Source of the DNA: Eledone cirrhosa
Lineage: Eukaryota
NCBI GenBank assembly: GCA_964016885.1
Contig: OZ024742.1
Span: 13,020,001-13,084,000, forward strand
Direction: 5' to 3'
DNA: 64,000 nt
Shown: positions 41,001 through 59,000 of the stretch, piece by piece
Numbering within the stretch: the stretch's first letter is position 1
How the letters are laid out: the number at the start of each line of letters is the position of its first letter
Program-made: the position numbers and the translations under genes
The notes under the pieces: generated by a model
Seen by the model: only the letters and a program-made list of their open reading frames with translations
Databases searched by the model: none
Told to the model about the DNA's origin: nothing

Positions 41001-44000
41001 ACTAGGTCATACCACACCTCCACAACCCAACCTAACCCAGGAATCAAACCCACGATATTATGATCGTAAGTCCAACACCCTTACCACTAGGCCCCACCAC
41101 ACCTCCACAACACACAATCCAGGAATGAAACCCACAATATTATGATCGTAAGTCCAACACCCTTACAACTAGGCCCCACCACACCTCCACAACAGACAAC
41201 CCATGAATCAAACCCACGACATTATGATCGTAATTCCAATACCCTTACCACTAGGCCCCACCACACCTCAACAACACACAATCCAGGAATCAAACCCACG
41301 ATATTATGATCGTAAGTCCAACACCCTTACCACTAGGCCACACCACACCTCCACAACACACAACCCAGGAATCAAACCCACGATATTATGATCGTAAGTC
41401 CAACTCCCTTACCACTAGGTCACACCACACCTCCACAACACAGAACACAGGAATCAAACCCACGATATTATGATCGTAAGTCCAACACCCTTACCACTAG
41501 GTCACACCACACCTCCACGATATTATGATCTTAAGTCCAACACCCTTACCACTAGGTCATACCACACCTCCACAACACACAACCCAGGAATCAAACCCAC
41601 GATATTATGATCGTAAGACCAACACCCTTACCACTAGGCCCCAGCGCACCTCCACAACACACAACCCAGGAATCAAACCCACGATATTATGATCGTAAGT
41701 CCAACTCCCTTACCACTAGGCCACACCACACCTACCCCACAACACACAACCCAGGAATCAAACCCACGATATTATGATCGTAAGTCCAACTCTCTTACCA
41801 CTAGGTCACACCACACCTCCACAACACAACACAACCCAGGAATCAAACCCACGATATTATGATCGTAAGTCCAACACCCTTACCACTAGGCCATACCACA
41901 CCTCTACAACCCAACCTAACCCAGGAATCAAACCCACGATATTATGATCGTAAGTCCAACACCCTTACCACTAGGCCCCACCACACCTCCACAACACACA
42001 ATCCAGGAATGAAACCCACAATATTATGATCGTAAGTCCAACACCCTTACAACTAGGCCCCACCACACCTCCACAACAGACAACCCAGGAATCAAACCCA
42101 CGACATTATGATTGTAAGTCGAACAACCTTACCACTAGGTCACACCACACCTCCACAACACACAACCCAGAAATCAAACCCACGACATTATGATCGTAAG
42201 TCGAACACCCTTAACACTAGGCCATACCACACATCCACATCACACAACCCATGAATCAAACCCACGACATTATGATCGTAAGTCGAACACACTTACCACT
42301 AGGCCACACCACACCTCCACAACACACAACCCAGGAATCAAACCCACGACATTATGATCGTAAGTCGAACACCCTTACCACTAGGCCATACCACACCTCC
42401 ACAACACACAACACAGGAATCAAACCCACGACATTATGATCGTAAGTCGAACACCCTTACCACTAGGCCACACCACACCTCCACAACACACAACCCAGGA
42501 ATCAAATCCACGATATTATGATCGTAAGTCTAACACCCTTACCACTAGGCCTCACAACACCTCCACAACACACAACCCAGGAATCAAACCCACGATATTA
42601 TGATCGTAAGTCGAACACCCTTACCACTAGGCCATACCACACCTCCACAACACACAACACAGGAATCAAACCCACGATATTATGATCGTAAGTCCAACAC
42701 CCTTACCACTAGGCCCCACCACACCTCCACAACACACAACCCAGGAATCAAACCCACGATATTATGATCGTAAGTCGAACACCCTTACCACTAGGCCATA
42801 CCACACCTCCACAACCCAAACTAACCCAGCAATCAAACCCACGATATTATGATCGTAAGTCTAACACCCTTACCACTCGGCCACACCACACCCCCACAAC
42901 ACACAACCCAGGAATCAAACCCACGACATTATGATCGTAAGTCGAACACCCTTACCACTAGGCCATACCACACCTCCACAACACACAACCCAGGAATCAA
43001 ACCCACGAATTTATGATCGTAAGTCCAACACCCTTACCACTAGGCCACACCACACCTCCACAACACACAACCCAGGAATCAAACCCACGACATTACGATC
43101 GTAAGTCGAACACCCTTACCACTAGGCCATACCACATCTCCACAACACACAACCCAGGAATCAAACCCACGATATTATGATCGTAAGTCCAACACCCTTA
43201 CCACTAGGCCCCACCACACCTCCACAACACAACACAACCCAGGAATCAAACCCACGATATTATGATCGTAAGTCCAACACCCTTACCACTAGGTCACACC
43301 ACACCTCCACAACACACAACCCAGGAATCAAACCCACGATATTATGATCGTAAGTCCAACACCCTTACCACTAGGTCACACCGCACCTCCACAACACAAC
43401 ACAACCCAGGAATCAAACCCACGATATTATGATCGTAAGACCAACACCCTTACCACTAGGCCCCACCACACCTCCACAACACACAATCCAGGAATCAAAC
43501 CCACGACATTATGATCGTAAGTCCAATACCCTTACCACTAGGCCCCACCAAACCTCAACAACAGACAACCCAGGAATTAAACCCACGATAATATGATCGT
43601 AAGTCCAACACCCTTACCACTAGGCCATACCACACCTCCACAACCCAACCTAACCCAGGAATCAAACTCACGATATTATGATCGTAAGTCCAATACCCTT
43701 ACCACTAGGCCCCACCACACCTCCACGATATTATGATCTTAAGTCCAACACCCTTACCACTAGGCCATACCACACCTCCACAACACACAACCCAAGAATC
43801 AAACCCACGATATTATGATCGTAAGACCAACACCCTTACCACTAGGCCCCACCGCACCTCCACAACACACAACCCAGGAATCAAACCCACGATATTATGA
43901 TCGTAAGTCCAACTCCCTTACCACTAGGCCACACCACACCTCCACAACAGACAACCCAGGAATCAAACCCACGACATTATGATTGTAAATCGAACAACCT

Positions 44001-47000
44001 TACCACTAGGTCACACCACACCTCCACAACACACAACCCAGAAATCAAACCCACGACATTATGATCGTAAGTCGAACACCCTTAACACTAGGCCATACCA
44101 CACCTCCACATCACACAACCCATGAATCAAACCCACGACATTATGATCGTAAGTCGAACACCCTTACCACTAGGCCACACCACACCTCCACAACACATAA
44201 CCCAGGAATCAAACCCACGACATTATGATCGTAAGTCGAACACCCTTACCACTGGGCCATACCACACCTCCACAACACACAACACAGGAATCAAACCCAC
44301 GACATTATGATCGTAAGTCGAACACCCTTACCACTAGGCCACACCACACCTCCACAACACACAACCCAGGAATCAAACCCACGACATTATGATCGTAAGT
44401 CGAACACCCTTACCACTAGGCCACACCACACCTCCACAACACAACACAATCCAGGAATCAAACCCACGATATTATGATCGTAAGTCCAACACCCTTACCA
44501 CTAGGCCACACCACACCTCCACAACACAACACAACCCAGGAATCAAACCCACGATATTATGATCGTAAGTCCAACACCCTTAACACTACGCCATACCACA
44601 CCTCCACATCACACAACCCACGAATCAAACCCACGACATTATGATCGTAAGTCGAACACCCTTACCACTAGGCCACACCACACCTCCACAACACACAACC
44701 CAGGAATCAAACCCACGACATTATGATCGTAAGTCGAACACCCTTACCACTAGGCCATACCACACCTCCACAACACACAACCCAGGAATCAAACCCACGA
44801 TATTATGATCGTAAGTCCAACTCCCTTACCACTAGGTCATACCACACCTCCACAACCCAACCTAACCCAGGAATCAAACCCACGATATTATGATCGTAAG
44901 TCCAACACCCTTACCACTAGGCCCCACCACACCTCCACAACACACAATCCAGGAATGAAACCCACAATATTATGATCGTAAGTCCAACACCCTTACAACT
45001 AGGCCCCACCACACCTCCACAACAGACAACCCATGAATCAAACCCACGACATTATGATCGTAATTCCAATACCCTTACCACTAGGCCCCACCACACCTCA
45101 ACAACACACAATCCAGGAATCAAACCCACGATATTATGATCGTAAGTCCAACACCCTTACCACTAGGCCACACCACACCTCCACAACACACAACCCAGGA
45201 ATCAAACCCACGATATTATGATCGTAAGTCCAACTCCCTTACCACTAGGTCACACCACACCTCCACAACACAGAACACAGGAATCAAACCCACGATATTA
45301 TGATCGTAAGTCCAACACCCTTACCACTAGGTCACACCACACCTCCACAACCCAACCTAACCCAGGAATCAAACTCACGATATTATGATCGTAAGTCCAA
45401 CACCCTTACCACTAGGCCCCACCACACCTCCACGATATTATGATCTTAAGTCCAACACCCTTACCACTAGGCCATACCACACCTCCACAACACACAACCC
45501 AGGAATCAAACCCACGATATTATGATCGTAAGACCAACACCCTTACCACTAGGCCCCACCGCACCTCCACAACACACAACCCAGGAATCAAACCCACGAT
45601 ATTATGATCGTAAGTCCAACTCCCTTACCACTAGGCCACACCACACCTCCACAACACACAACCCAGGAATCAAACCCACGATATTATGATCGTAAGTCCA
45701 ACTCCCTTACCACTAGGTCACACCACACCTCCACAACACAACACAACCCAGGAATCAAACCCACGATATTATGATCGTAAGTCCAACACCCTTACCACTA
45801 GGCCATACCACACCTCTACAACCCAACCTAACCCAGGAATCAAACCCACGATATTATGATCGTAAGTCCAACACCCTTACCACTAGGCCCCACCACACCT
45901 CCACAACACACAATCCAGGAATGAAACCCACAATATTATGATCGTAAGTCCAACACCCTTACAACTAGGCCCCACCACACCTCCACAACAGACAACCCAG
46001 GAATCAAACCCACGACATTATGATTGTAAGTCGAACAACCTTACCACTAGGTCACACCACACCTCCACAACACACAACCCAGAAATCAAACCCACGACAT
46101 TATGATCGTAAGTCGAACACCCTTAACACTAGGCCATACCACACCTCCACATCACACAACCCATGAATCAAACCCACGACATTATGATCGTAAGTCGAAC
46201 ACCCTTACCACTAGGCCACACCACACCTCCACAACACACAACCCAGGAATCAAACCCACGACATTATGATCGTAAGTCGAACACCCTTACCACTAGGCCA
46301 TACCACACCTCCACAACACACAACCCAGGAATCAAACCCACGATATTATGATCGTAAGTCGAACACCCTTACCACTAGTCCCCACCACACCTCCACAACA
46401 CACAACCCAGGAATCAAACCCACGAATTTATGATCGTAAGTCCAACACCCTTACCACTAGGCCACACCACACCTCCACAACACACAACCCAGGAATCAAA
46501 CCCACGACATTACGATCGTAAGTCGAACACCCTTACCACTAGGCCATACCACATCTCCACAACACACAACCCAGGAATCAAACCCACGATATTATGATCG
46601 TAAGTCCAACACCCTTACCACTAGGCCCCACCACACCTCCACAACACAACACAACCCAGGAATCAAACCCACGATATTATGATCGTAAGTCCAACACCCT
46701 TACCACTAGGTCACACCACACCTCCACAACACACAACCCAGGAATCAAACCCACGATATTATGATCGTAAGTCCAACACCCTTACCACTAGGTCACACCG
46801 CACCTCCACAACACAACACAACCCAGGAATCAAACCCACGATATTATGATCGTAAGACCAACACCCTTACCACTAGGCCCCACCACACCTCCACAACACA
46901 CAATCCAGGAATCAAACCCACGACATTATGATCGTAAGTCCAATACCCTTACCACTAGGCCCCACCAAACCTCAACAACAGACAACCCAGGAATTAAACC

Positions 47001-50000
47001 CACGATAATATGATCGTAAGTCCAACACCCTTACCACTAGGCCATACCACACCTCCACAACCCAACCTAACCCAGGAATCAAACTCACGATATTATGATC
47101 GTAAGTCCAATACCCTTACCACTAGGCCCCACCACACCTCCACAACACACAATCCAGGAATGAAACCCACAATATTATGATCGTAAGTCCAACACCCTTA
47201 CAACTAGGCCCCACCACACCTCCACAACAGACAACCCAGGAATCAAACCCACGACATTATGATTGTAAGTCGAACAACCTTACCACTAGGTCACACCACA
47301 CCTCCACAACACACAACCCAGAAATCAAACCCACGACATTATGATCGTAAGTCGAACACCCTTAAAACTAGGCCATACCACACCTCCACATCACACAACC
47401 CATGAATCAAACCCACGACATTATGATCGTAAGTCGAACACCCTTACCACTAGGCCACACCACACCTCCACAACACACAACCCAGGAATCAAACCCACGA
47501 CATTATGATCGTAAGTCGAACACCCTTACCACTAGGCCATACCACACCTCCACAACACACAACCCAGGAATCAAACCCACGATATTATGATCGTAAGTCG
47601 AACACCCTTACCACTAGTCCCCACCACACCTCCACAACACACAACCCAGGAATCAAACCCACGAATTTATGATCGTAAGTCCAACACCCTTACCACTAGG
47701 CCACACCACACCTCCACAACACACAACCCAGGAATCAAACCCACGACATTACGATCGTAAGTCGAACACCCTTACCACTAGGCCATACCACATCTCCACA
47801 ACACACAACCCAGGAATCAAACCCACGATATTATGATCGTAAGTCCAACACCCTTACCACTAGGCCCCACCACACCTCCACAACACAACACAACCCAGGA
47901 ATCAAACCCACGATATTATGATCGTAAGTCCAACACCCTTACCACTAGGTCACACCACACCTCCACAACACACAACCCAGGAATCAAACCCACGATATTA
48001 TGATCGTAAGTCCAACACCCTTACCACTAGGTCACACCGCACCTCCACAACACAACACAACCCAGGAATCAAACCCACGATATTATGATCGTAAGACCAA
48101 CACCCTTACCACTAGGCCACACCACACCTCAACAACAGACAACCCAGGAATTAAACCCACGATAATATGATCGTAAGTCCAACACCCTTACCACTAGGCC
48201 ATACCACACCTCCACAACCCAACCTAACCCAGGAATCAAACTCACGATATTATGATCGTACGTCCAATACCCTTACCACTAGGCCCCACCACACCTCCAC
48301 GATATTATGATCTTAAGTCCAACACCCTTACCACTAGGCCATACCACACCTCCACAACACACAACCCAAGAATCAAACCCACGATATTATGATCGTAAGA
48401 CCAACACCCTTACCACTAGGCCCCACCGCACCTCCACAACACACAACCCAGGAATCAAACCCACGATATTATGATCGTAAGTCCAACTCCCTTACCACTA
48501 GGCCACACCACACCTCCACAACAGACAACCCAGGAATCAAACCCACGACATTATGATTGTAAATCGAACAACCTTACCACTAGGTCACACCACACCTCCA
48601 CAACACACAACCCAGAAATCAAACCCACGACATTATGATCGTAAGTCGAACACCCTTAACACTAGGCCATACCACACCTCCACATCACACAACCCATGAA
48701 TCAAACCCACGACATTATGATCGTAAGTCGAACACCCTTACCACTAGGCCACACCACACCTCCACAACACATAACCCAGGAATCAAACCCACGACATTAT
48801 GATCGTAAGTCGAACACCCTTACCACTGGGCCATACCACACCTCCACAACACACAACACAGGAATCAAACCCACGACATTATGATCGTAAGTCGAACACC
48901 CTTACCACTAGGCCACACCACACCTCCACAACACACAACCCAGGAATCAAACCCACGACATTATGATCGTAAGTCGAACACCCTTACCACTAGGCCACAC
49001 CACACCTCCACAACACAACACAATCCAGGAATCAAACCCACGATATTATGATCGTAAGTCCAACACCCTTACCACTAGGCCACACCACACCTCCACAACA
49101 CAACACAACCCAGGAATCAAACCCACGATATTATGATCGTAAGTCCAACACCCTTAACACTACGCCATACCACACCTCCACATCACACAACCCACGAATC
49201 AAACCCACGACATTATGATCGTAAGTCGAACACCCTTACCACTAGGCCACACCACACCTCCACAACACACAACCCAGGAATCAAACCCACGACATTATGA
49301 TCGTAAGTCGAACACCCTTACCACTAGGCCATACCACACCTCCACAACACACAACCCAGGAATCAAACCCACGATATTATGATCGTAAGTCCAACTCCCT
49401 TACCACTAGGTCATACCACACCTCCACAACCCAACCTAACCCAGGAATCAAACCCACGATATTATGATCGTAAGTCCAACACCCTTACCACTAGGCCCCA
49501 CCACACCTCCACAACACACAATCCAGGAATGAAACCCACAATATTATGATCGTAAGTCCAACACCCTTACAACTAGGCCCCACCACACCTCCACAACAGA
49601 CAACCCATGAATCAAACCCACGACATTATGATCGTAATTCCAATACCCTTACCACTAGGCCCCACCACACCTCAACAACACACAATCCAGGAATCAAACC
49701 CACGATATTATGATCGTAAGTCCAACACCCTTACCACTAGGCCACACCACACCTCCACAACACACAACCCAGGAATCAAACCCACGATATTATGATCGTA
49801 AGTCCAACTCCCTTACCACTAGGTCACACCACACCTCCACAACACAGAACACAGGAATCAAACCCACGATATTATGATCGTAAGTCCAACACCCTTACCA
49901 CTAGGTCACACCACACCTCCACAACCCAACCTAACCCAGGAATCAAACTCACGATATTATGATCGTAAGTCCAACACCCTTACCACTAGGCCCCACCACA

Positions 50001-53000
50001 CCTCCACGATATTATGATCTTAAGTCCAACACCCTTACCACTAGGCCATACCACACCTCCACAACACACAACCCAGGAATCAAACCCACGATATTATGAT
50101 CGTAAGACCAACACCCTTACCACTAGGCCCCACCGCACCTCCACAACACACAACCCAGGAATCAAACCCACGATATTATGATCGTAAGTCCAACTCCCTT
50201 ACCACTAGGCCACACCACACCTCCACAACACACAACCCAGGAATCAAACCCACGATATTATGATCGTAAGTCCAACTCCCTTACCACTAGGTCACACCAC
50301 ACCTCCACAACACAACACAACCCAGGAATCAAACCCACGATATTATGATCGTAAGTCCAACACCCTTACCACTAGGCCATACCACACCTCTACAACCCAA
50401 CCTAACCCAGGAATCAAACCCACGATATTATGATCGTAAGTCCAACACCCTTACCACTAGGCCCCACCACACCTCCACAACACACAATCCAGGAATGAAA
50501 CCCACAATATTATGATCGTAAGTCCAACACCCTTACAACTAGGCCCCACCACACCTCCACAACAGACAACCCAGGAATCAAACCCACGACATTATGATTG
50601 TAAGTCGAACAACCTTACCACTAGGTCACACCACACCTCCACAACACACAACCCAGAAATCAAACCCACGACATTATGATCGTAAGTCGAACACCCTTAA
50701 CACTAGGCCATACCACACCTCCACATCACACAACCCATGAATCAAACCCACGACATTATGATCGTAAGTCGAACACCCTTACCACTAGGCCACACCACAC
50801 CTCCACAACACACAACCCAGGAATCAAACCCACGACATTATGATCGTAAGTCGAACACCCTTACCACTAGGCCATACCACACCTCCACAACACACAACAC
50901 AGGAATCAAACCCACGACATTATGATCGTAAGTCGAACACCCTTACCACTAGGCCACACCACACCTCCACAACACACAACCCAGGAATCAAATCCACGAT
51001 ATTATGATCGTAAGTCTAACACCCTTACCACTAGGCCTCACAACACCTCCACAACACACAACCCAGGAATCAAACCCACGATATTATGATCGTAAGTCGA
51101 ACACCCTTACCACTAGGCCATACCACACCTCCACAACACACAACACAGGAATCAAACCCACGATATTATGATCGGAAGTCCAACACCCTTACCACTAGGC
51201 CCCACCACACCTCCACAACACACAACCCAGGAATCAAACCCACGATATTATGATCGTAAGTCGAACACCCTTACCACTAGGCCATACCACACCTCCACAA
51301 CCCAAACTAACCCAGCAATCAAGCCCACGATATTATGATCGTAAGTCTAACACCCTTACCACTAGGCCACACCACACCCCCACAACACACAACCCAGGAA
51401 TCAAACCCACGACATTATGATCGTAAGTCGAACAACCTTACCACTAGGCCATACCACACCTCCACAACACACAACCCAGGAATCAAACCCACGATATTAT
51501 GATCGTAAGTCGAACACCCTTACCACTAGTCCCCACCACACCTCCACAACACACAACCCAGGAATCAAACCCACGAATTTATGATCGTAAGTCCAACAAC
51601 CTTACCACTAGGCCACACCACACCTCCACAACACACAACCCAGGAATCAAACCCACGACATTACGATCGTAAGTCGAACACCCTTACCACTAGGCCATAC
51701 CACATCTCCACAACACACAACCCAGGAATCAAACCCACGATATTATGATCGTAAGTCCAACACCCTTACCACTAGGCCCCACCACACCTCCACAACACAA
51801 CACAACCCAGGAATCAAAACCACGATATTATGATCGTAAGTCCAACACCCTTACCACTAGGTCACACCACACCTCCACAACACACAACCCAGGAATCAAA
51901 CCCACGATATTATGATCGTAAGTCCAACACCCTTACCACTAGGTCACACCGCACCTCCACAACACAACACAACCCAGGAATCAAACCCACGATATTATGA
52001 TCGTAAGACCAACACCCTTACCACTAGGCCCCACCACACCTCCACAACACACAACACAGGAATCAAACCCACGACATTATGATCGTAAGTCGAACACCCT
52101 TACCACTAGGCCACACCACACCTCCACAACACAACACAATCCAGGAATCAAACCCACGATATTATGATCGTAAGTCCAACACCCTTACCACTAGGCCACA
52201 CCACACCTCCACAACACAACACAACCCAGGAATCAAACCCACGATATTATGATCGTAAGTCCAACACCCTTAACACTACGCCATACCACACCTCCACATC
52301 ACACAACCCACGAATCAAACCCACGACATTATGATCGTAAGTCGAACACCCTTACCACTAGGCCACACCACACCTCCACAACACACAACCCAGGAATCAA
52401 ACCCACGACATTATGATCGTAAGTCGAACACCCTTACCACTAGGCCATACCACACCTCTACAACACACAACCCAGGAATCAAACCCACGATATTATGATC
52501 GTAAGTCCAACACCCTTACCACTAGGCCACACCACACCTCCACAACACAACACAACCCAGGAATCAAACCCACGATATTATGATCGTAAGTCCAACACCC
52601 TTAACACTACGCCATACCACACCTCCACATCATACAACCCACGAATCAAACCCACGACATTATGATCGTAAGTTGAACACCCTTACCACTAGGCCACACC
52701 ACACCTCCACAACACACAACCCAGGAATCAAACCCACGACATTATGATCGTAAGTCGAACACCCTTACCACTAGGCCATACCACACCTCCACAACACACA
52801 ACCCAGGAATCAAACCCACGATATTATGATCGTAAGTCCAACTCCCTTACCACTAGGTCACACCACACCTCCACAACACAACACAAGCCAGGAATCAAAC
52901 CCACGATATTATGATCGTAAGTCCAACACCCTTACCACTAGGCCATACCACACCTCCACAACCCAACCTAACCCAGGAATAAAACCCACGATATTATGAT

Positions 53001-56000
53001 CGTAAGTCCAACACCCTTACCACTAGGCCCCACCACACCTCCACAACACACAATCCAGGAATGAAACCCACAATATTATGATCGTAAGTCCAACACCCTT
53101 ACAACTAGGCCCCACCACACCTCCACAACAGACAACCCAGGAATCAAACCCACGACATTATGATCGTAAGTCGAACACCCTTAACACTAGGCCATACCAC
53201 ACCTCCACATCACACAACCCATGAATCAAACCCACGACATTATGATCGTAAGTCGAACACCCTTACCACTAGGCCATACCACACCTCCACAATACACAAC
53301 ACAGGAATCAAACCCACGACATTATGATCGTAAGTCGAACACCCTTACCACTAGGCCACACCACACCTCCACAACACACAACCCAGGAATCAAATCCACG
53401 ATATTATGATCGTAAGTCTAACACCCTTACCACTAGGCCTCACAACACCTCCACAGCACACAACCCAGGAATCAAACCCACGATATTATGATCGTAAGTC
53501 GAACACCCTTACCACTAGGCCATACCACACCTCCACAACACACAACACAGGAATCAAACCCACGACATTATGATCGTAAGTCGAACACCCTTACCACTAG
53601 GCCACACCACACCTCCACAACACACAACACAGGAATCAAACCCACGATATTATGATCGTAAGTCCAACACCCTTACCACTAGGCCCCACCACACCTCCAC
53701 AACACACAACCCAGGAATCAAACCCACGATATTATGATCGTAAGTCGAACACCCTTACCACTAGGCCATACCACACCTCCACAACCCAACCTAACCCAGC
53801 AATCAAACCCACGATATTATGATCGTAAGTCTAACACCCTTACCACTAGGCCACACCACACCCCCACAGCACACAACCCAGGAATCAAACCCACGACATT
53901 ATGATCGTAAGTCGAACACCCTTACCACTAGGCCATACCACACCTCCACAACACACAACCCAGGAATCAAACCCACGAATTTATGATCGTAAGTCGAACA
54001 CCCTTACCACTAGTCCCCACCACACCTCCACAACACACAACCCAGGAATCAAACCCACGAATTTATGATCGTAAGTCCAACACCCTTACCACTAGGCCAC
54101 ACCACACCTCCACAACACACAACCCAGGAATCAAACCCACGACATTACGATCGTAAGTCGAACACCCACCCTTACCACTAGTCCCCACCACACCTCCCCA
54201 ACACACAACCCAGGAATCAAACCCACGATATTATGATCGTAAGTCCAACACCCTTACCACTAGGCCCCACCACACCTCCACAACACAACACAACCCAGGA
54301 ATCAAACCCACGATATTATGATCGTAAGTCCAACACCCTTACCACTAGGTCACACCACACCTCCACAACACACAACCCAGGAATCAAACCCACGATATTA
54401 TGATCGTAAGTCCAACACCCTTACCACTAGGTCACACCGCACCTCCACAACACAACACAACCCAGGAATCAAACCCACGATATTATGATCGTAAGTCCAA
54501 CACCCTTACCACTAGGTCACACCGCACCTCCACAACCCAACCTAACCCAGGAATCAAACTCACGATATTATGATCGTAAGTCCAATACCCTTACCACTAG
54601 GCCCCACCACACCTCCACGATATTATGATCGTAAGTAGAACACCCTTACCACTAGGCCATACCACACCTCCACAACACACAACCCAGGAATCAAACCCAC
54701 GATATTATGATCGTAAGTCCAACACCCTTACCACTAGGCCCCACCACACCTCCACAACACAACACAACCCAGGAATCAAAACCACGATATTATGATCGTA
54801 AGTCCAACACCCTTACCACTAGGTCACACCACACCTCCACAACACACAACCCAGGAATCAAACCCACGATATTATGATCGTAAGTCCAACACCCTTACCA
54901 CTAGGTCACACCGCACCTCCACAACACAACACAACCCAGGAATCAAACCCACGATATTATGATCGTAAGACCAACACCCTTACCACTAGGCCCCACCACA
55001 CCTCCACAACACACAACACAGGAATCAAACCCACGACATTATGATCGTAAGTCGAACACCCTTACCACTAGGCCACACCACACCTCCACAACACAACACA
55101 ATCCAGGAATCAAACCCACGATATTATGATCGTAAGTCCAACACCCTTACCACTAGGCCACACCACACCTCCACAACACAACACAACCCAGGAATCAAAC
55201 CCACGATATTATGATCGTAAGTCCAACACCCTTAACACTACGCCATACCACACCTCCACATCACACAACCCACGAATCAAACCCACGACATTATGATCGT
55301 AAGTCGAACACCCTTACCACTAGGCCACACCACACCTCCACAACACACAACCCAGGAATCAAACCCACGACATTATGATCGTAAGTCGAACACCCTTACC
55401 ACTAGGCCATACCACACCTCTACAACACACAACCCAGGAATCAAACCCACGATATTATGATCGTAAGTCCAACACCCTTACCACTAGGCCACACCACACC
55501 TCCACAACACAACACAACCCAGGAATCAAACCCACGATATTATGATCGTAAGTCCAACACCCTTAACACTACGCCATACCACACCTCCACATCATACAAC
55601 CCACGAATCAAACCCACGACATTATGATCGTAAGTTGAACACCCTTACCACTAGGCCACACCACACCTCCACAACACACAACCCAGGAATCAAACCCACG
55701 ACATTATGATCGTAAGTCGAACACCCTTACCACTAGGCCATACCACACCTCCACAACACACAACACAGGAATCAAACCCACGATATTATGATCGTAAGTC
55801 CAACTCCCTTATCACTAGGTCACACCACACCTCCACAACACAACACAAGCCAGGAATCAAACCCACGATATTATGATCGTAAGTCCAACACCCTTACCAC
55901 TAGGCCATACCACACCTCCACAACCCAACCTAACCCAGGAATAAAACCCACGATATTATGATCGTAAGTCCAACACCCTTACCACTAGGCCCCACCACAC

Positions 56001-59000
56001 CTCCACAACACACAATCCAGGAATGAAACCCACAATATTATGATCGTAAGTCCAACACCCTTACAACTAGGCCCCACCACACCTCCACAACAGACAACCC
56101 AGGAATCAAACCCACGACATTATGATCGTAAGTCGAACACCCTTAACACTAGGCCATACCACACCTCCACATCACACAACCCATGAATCAAACCCACGAC
56201 ATTATGATCGTAAGTCGAACACCCTTACCACTAGGCCATACCACACCTCCACAATACACAACACAGGAATCAAACCCACGACATTATGATCGTAAGTCGA
56301 ACACCCTTACCACTAGGCCACACCACACCTCCACAACACACAACCCAGGAATCAAATCCACGATATTATGATCGTAAGTCTAACACCCTTACCACTAGGC
56401 CTCACAACACCTCCACAGCACACAACCCAGGAATCAAACCCACGATATTATGATCGTAAGTCGAACACCCTTACCACTAGGCCATACCACACCTCCACAA
56501 CACACAACACAGGAATCAAACCCACGACATTATGATCGTAAGTCGAACACCCTTACCACTAGGCCACACCACACCTCCACAACACACAACACAGGAATCA
56601 AACCCACGATATTATGATCGTAAGTCCAACACCCTTACCACTAGGCCCCACCACACCTCCACAACACACAACCCAGGAATCAAACCCACGATATTATGAT
56701 CGTAAGTCGAACACCCTTACCACTAGGCCATACCACACCTCCACAACCCAACCTAACCCAGCAATCAAACCCACGATATTATGATCGTAAGTCTAACACC
56801 CTTACCACTAGGCCACACCACACCCCCACAGCACACAACCCAGGAATCAAACCCACGACATTATGATCGTAAGTCCAACACCCTTACCACTAGGCCACAC
56901 CACACCTCCACAACACACAACCCAGGAATCAAACCCACGAATTTATGATCGTAAGTCGAACACCCTTACCACTAGTCCCCACCACACCTCCACAACACAC
57001 AACCCAGGAATCAAACCCACGAATTTATGATCGTAAGTCCAACACCCTTACCACTAGGCCACACCACACCTCCACAACACACAACCCAGGAATCAAACCC
57101 ACGACATTACGATCGTAAGTCGAACACCCACCCTTACCACTAGTCCCCACCACACCTCCCCAACACACAACCCAGGAATCAAACCCACGATATTATGATC
57201 GTAAGTCCAACACCCTTACCACTAGGCCCCACCACACCTCCACAACACAACACAACCCAGGAATCAAACCCACGATATTATGATCGTAAGTCCAACACCC
57301 TTACCACTAGGTCACACCACACCTCCACAACACACAACCCAGGAATCAAACCCACGATATTATGATCGTAAGTCCAACACCCTTACCACTAGGTCACACC
57401 GCACCTCCACAACACAACACAACCCAGGAATCAAACCCACGATATTATGATCGTAAGTCCAACACCCTTACCACTAGGTCACACCGCACCTCCACAACCC
57501 AACCTAACCCAGGAATCAAACTCACGATATTATGATCGTAAGTCCAATACCCTTACCACTAGGCCCCACCACACCTCCACGATATTATGATCGTAAGTCG
57601 AACACCCTTACCACTAGGCCATACCACACCTCCACAACACACAACCCAGGAATCAAACCCACGATATTATGATCGTAAGTCCAACACCCTTACCACTAGG
57701 CCACACCACACCTCCACAACACAACACAATCCAGGAATCAAACCCACGATATTATGATCGTAAGTCCAACACCCTTACCACTAGGCCACACCACACCTCC
57801 ACAACACAACACAACCCAGGAATCAAACCCACGATATTATGATCGTAAGTCCAACACCCTTAACACTACGCCATACCACACCTCCACATCACACAACCCA
57901 CGAATCAAACCCACGACATTATGATCGTAAGTCGAACACCCTTACCACTAGGCCACACCACACCTCCACAACACACAACCCAGGAATCAAACCCACGACA
58001 TTATGATCGTAAGTCGAACACCCTTACCACTAGGCCATACCACACCTCCACAACACACAACCCAGGAATCAAACCCACGATATTATGATCGTAAGTCCAA
58101 CACCCTTACCACTAGGCCACACCACACCTCCACAACACAACACAACCCAGGAATCAAACCCACGATATTATGATCGTAAGTCCAACACCCTTAACACTAC
58201 GCCATACCACACCTCCACATCATACAACCCACGAATCAAACCCACGACATTATGATCGTAAGTTGAACACCCTTACCACTAGGCCACACCACACCTCCAC
58301 AACACACAACCCAGGAATCAAACCCACGACATTATGATCGTAAGTCGAACACCCTTACCACTAGGCCATACCACACCTCCACAACACACAACCCAGGAAT
58401 CAAACCCACGATATTATGATCGTAAGTCCAACTCCCTTACCACTAGGTCACACCACACCTCCACAACACAACACAAGCCAGGAATCAAACCCACGATATT
58501 ATGATCGTAAGTCCAACACCCTTACCACTAGGCCATACCACACCTCCACAACCCAACCTAACCCAGGAATCAAACCCACGATATTATGATCGTAAGTCCA
58601 ACACCCTTACCACTAGGCCCCACCACACCTCCACAACACACAATCCAGGAATGAAACCCACAATATTATGATCGTAAGTCCAACACCCTTACAACTAGGC
58701 CCCACCACACCTCCACAACAGACAACCCAGGAATCAAACCCACGACATTATGATCGTAAGTCGAACACCCTTAACACTAGGCCATACCACACCTCCACAT
58801 CACACAACCCATGAATCAAACCCACGACATTATGATCGTAAGTCGAACACCCTTACCACTAGGCCATACCACACCTCCACAATACACAACACAGGAATCA
58901 AACCCACGACATTATGATCGTAAGTCGAACACCCTTACCACTAGGCCACACCACACCTCCACAACACACAACCCAGGAATCAAATCCACGATATTATGAT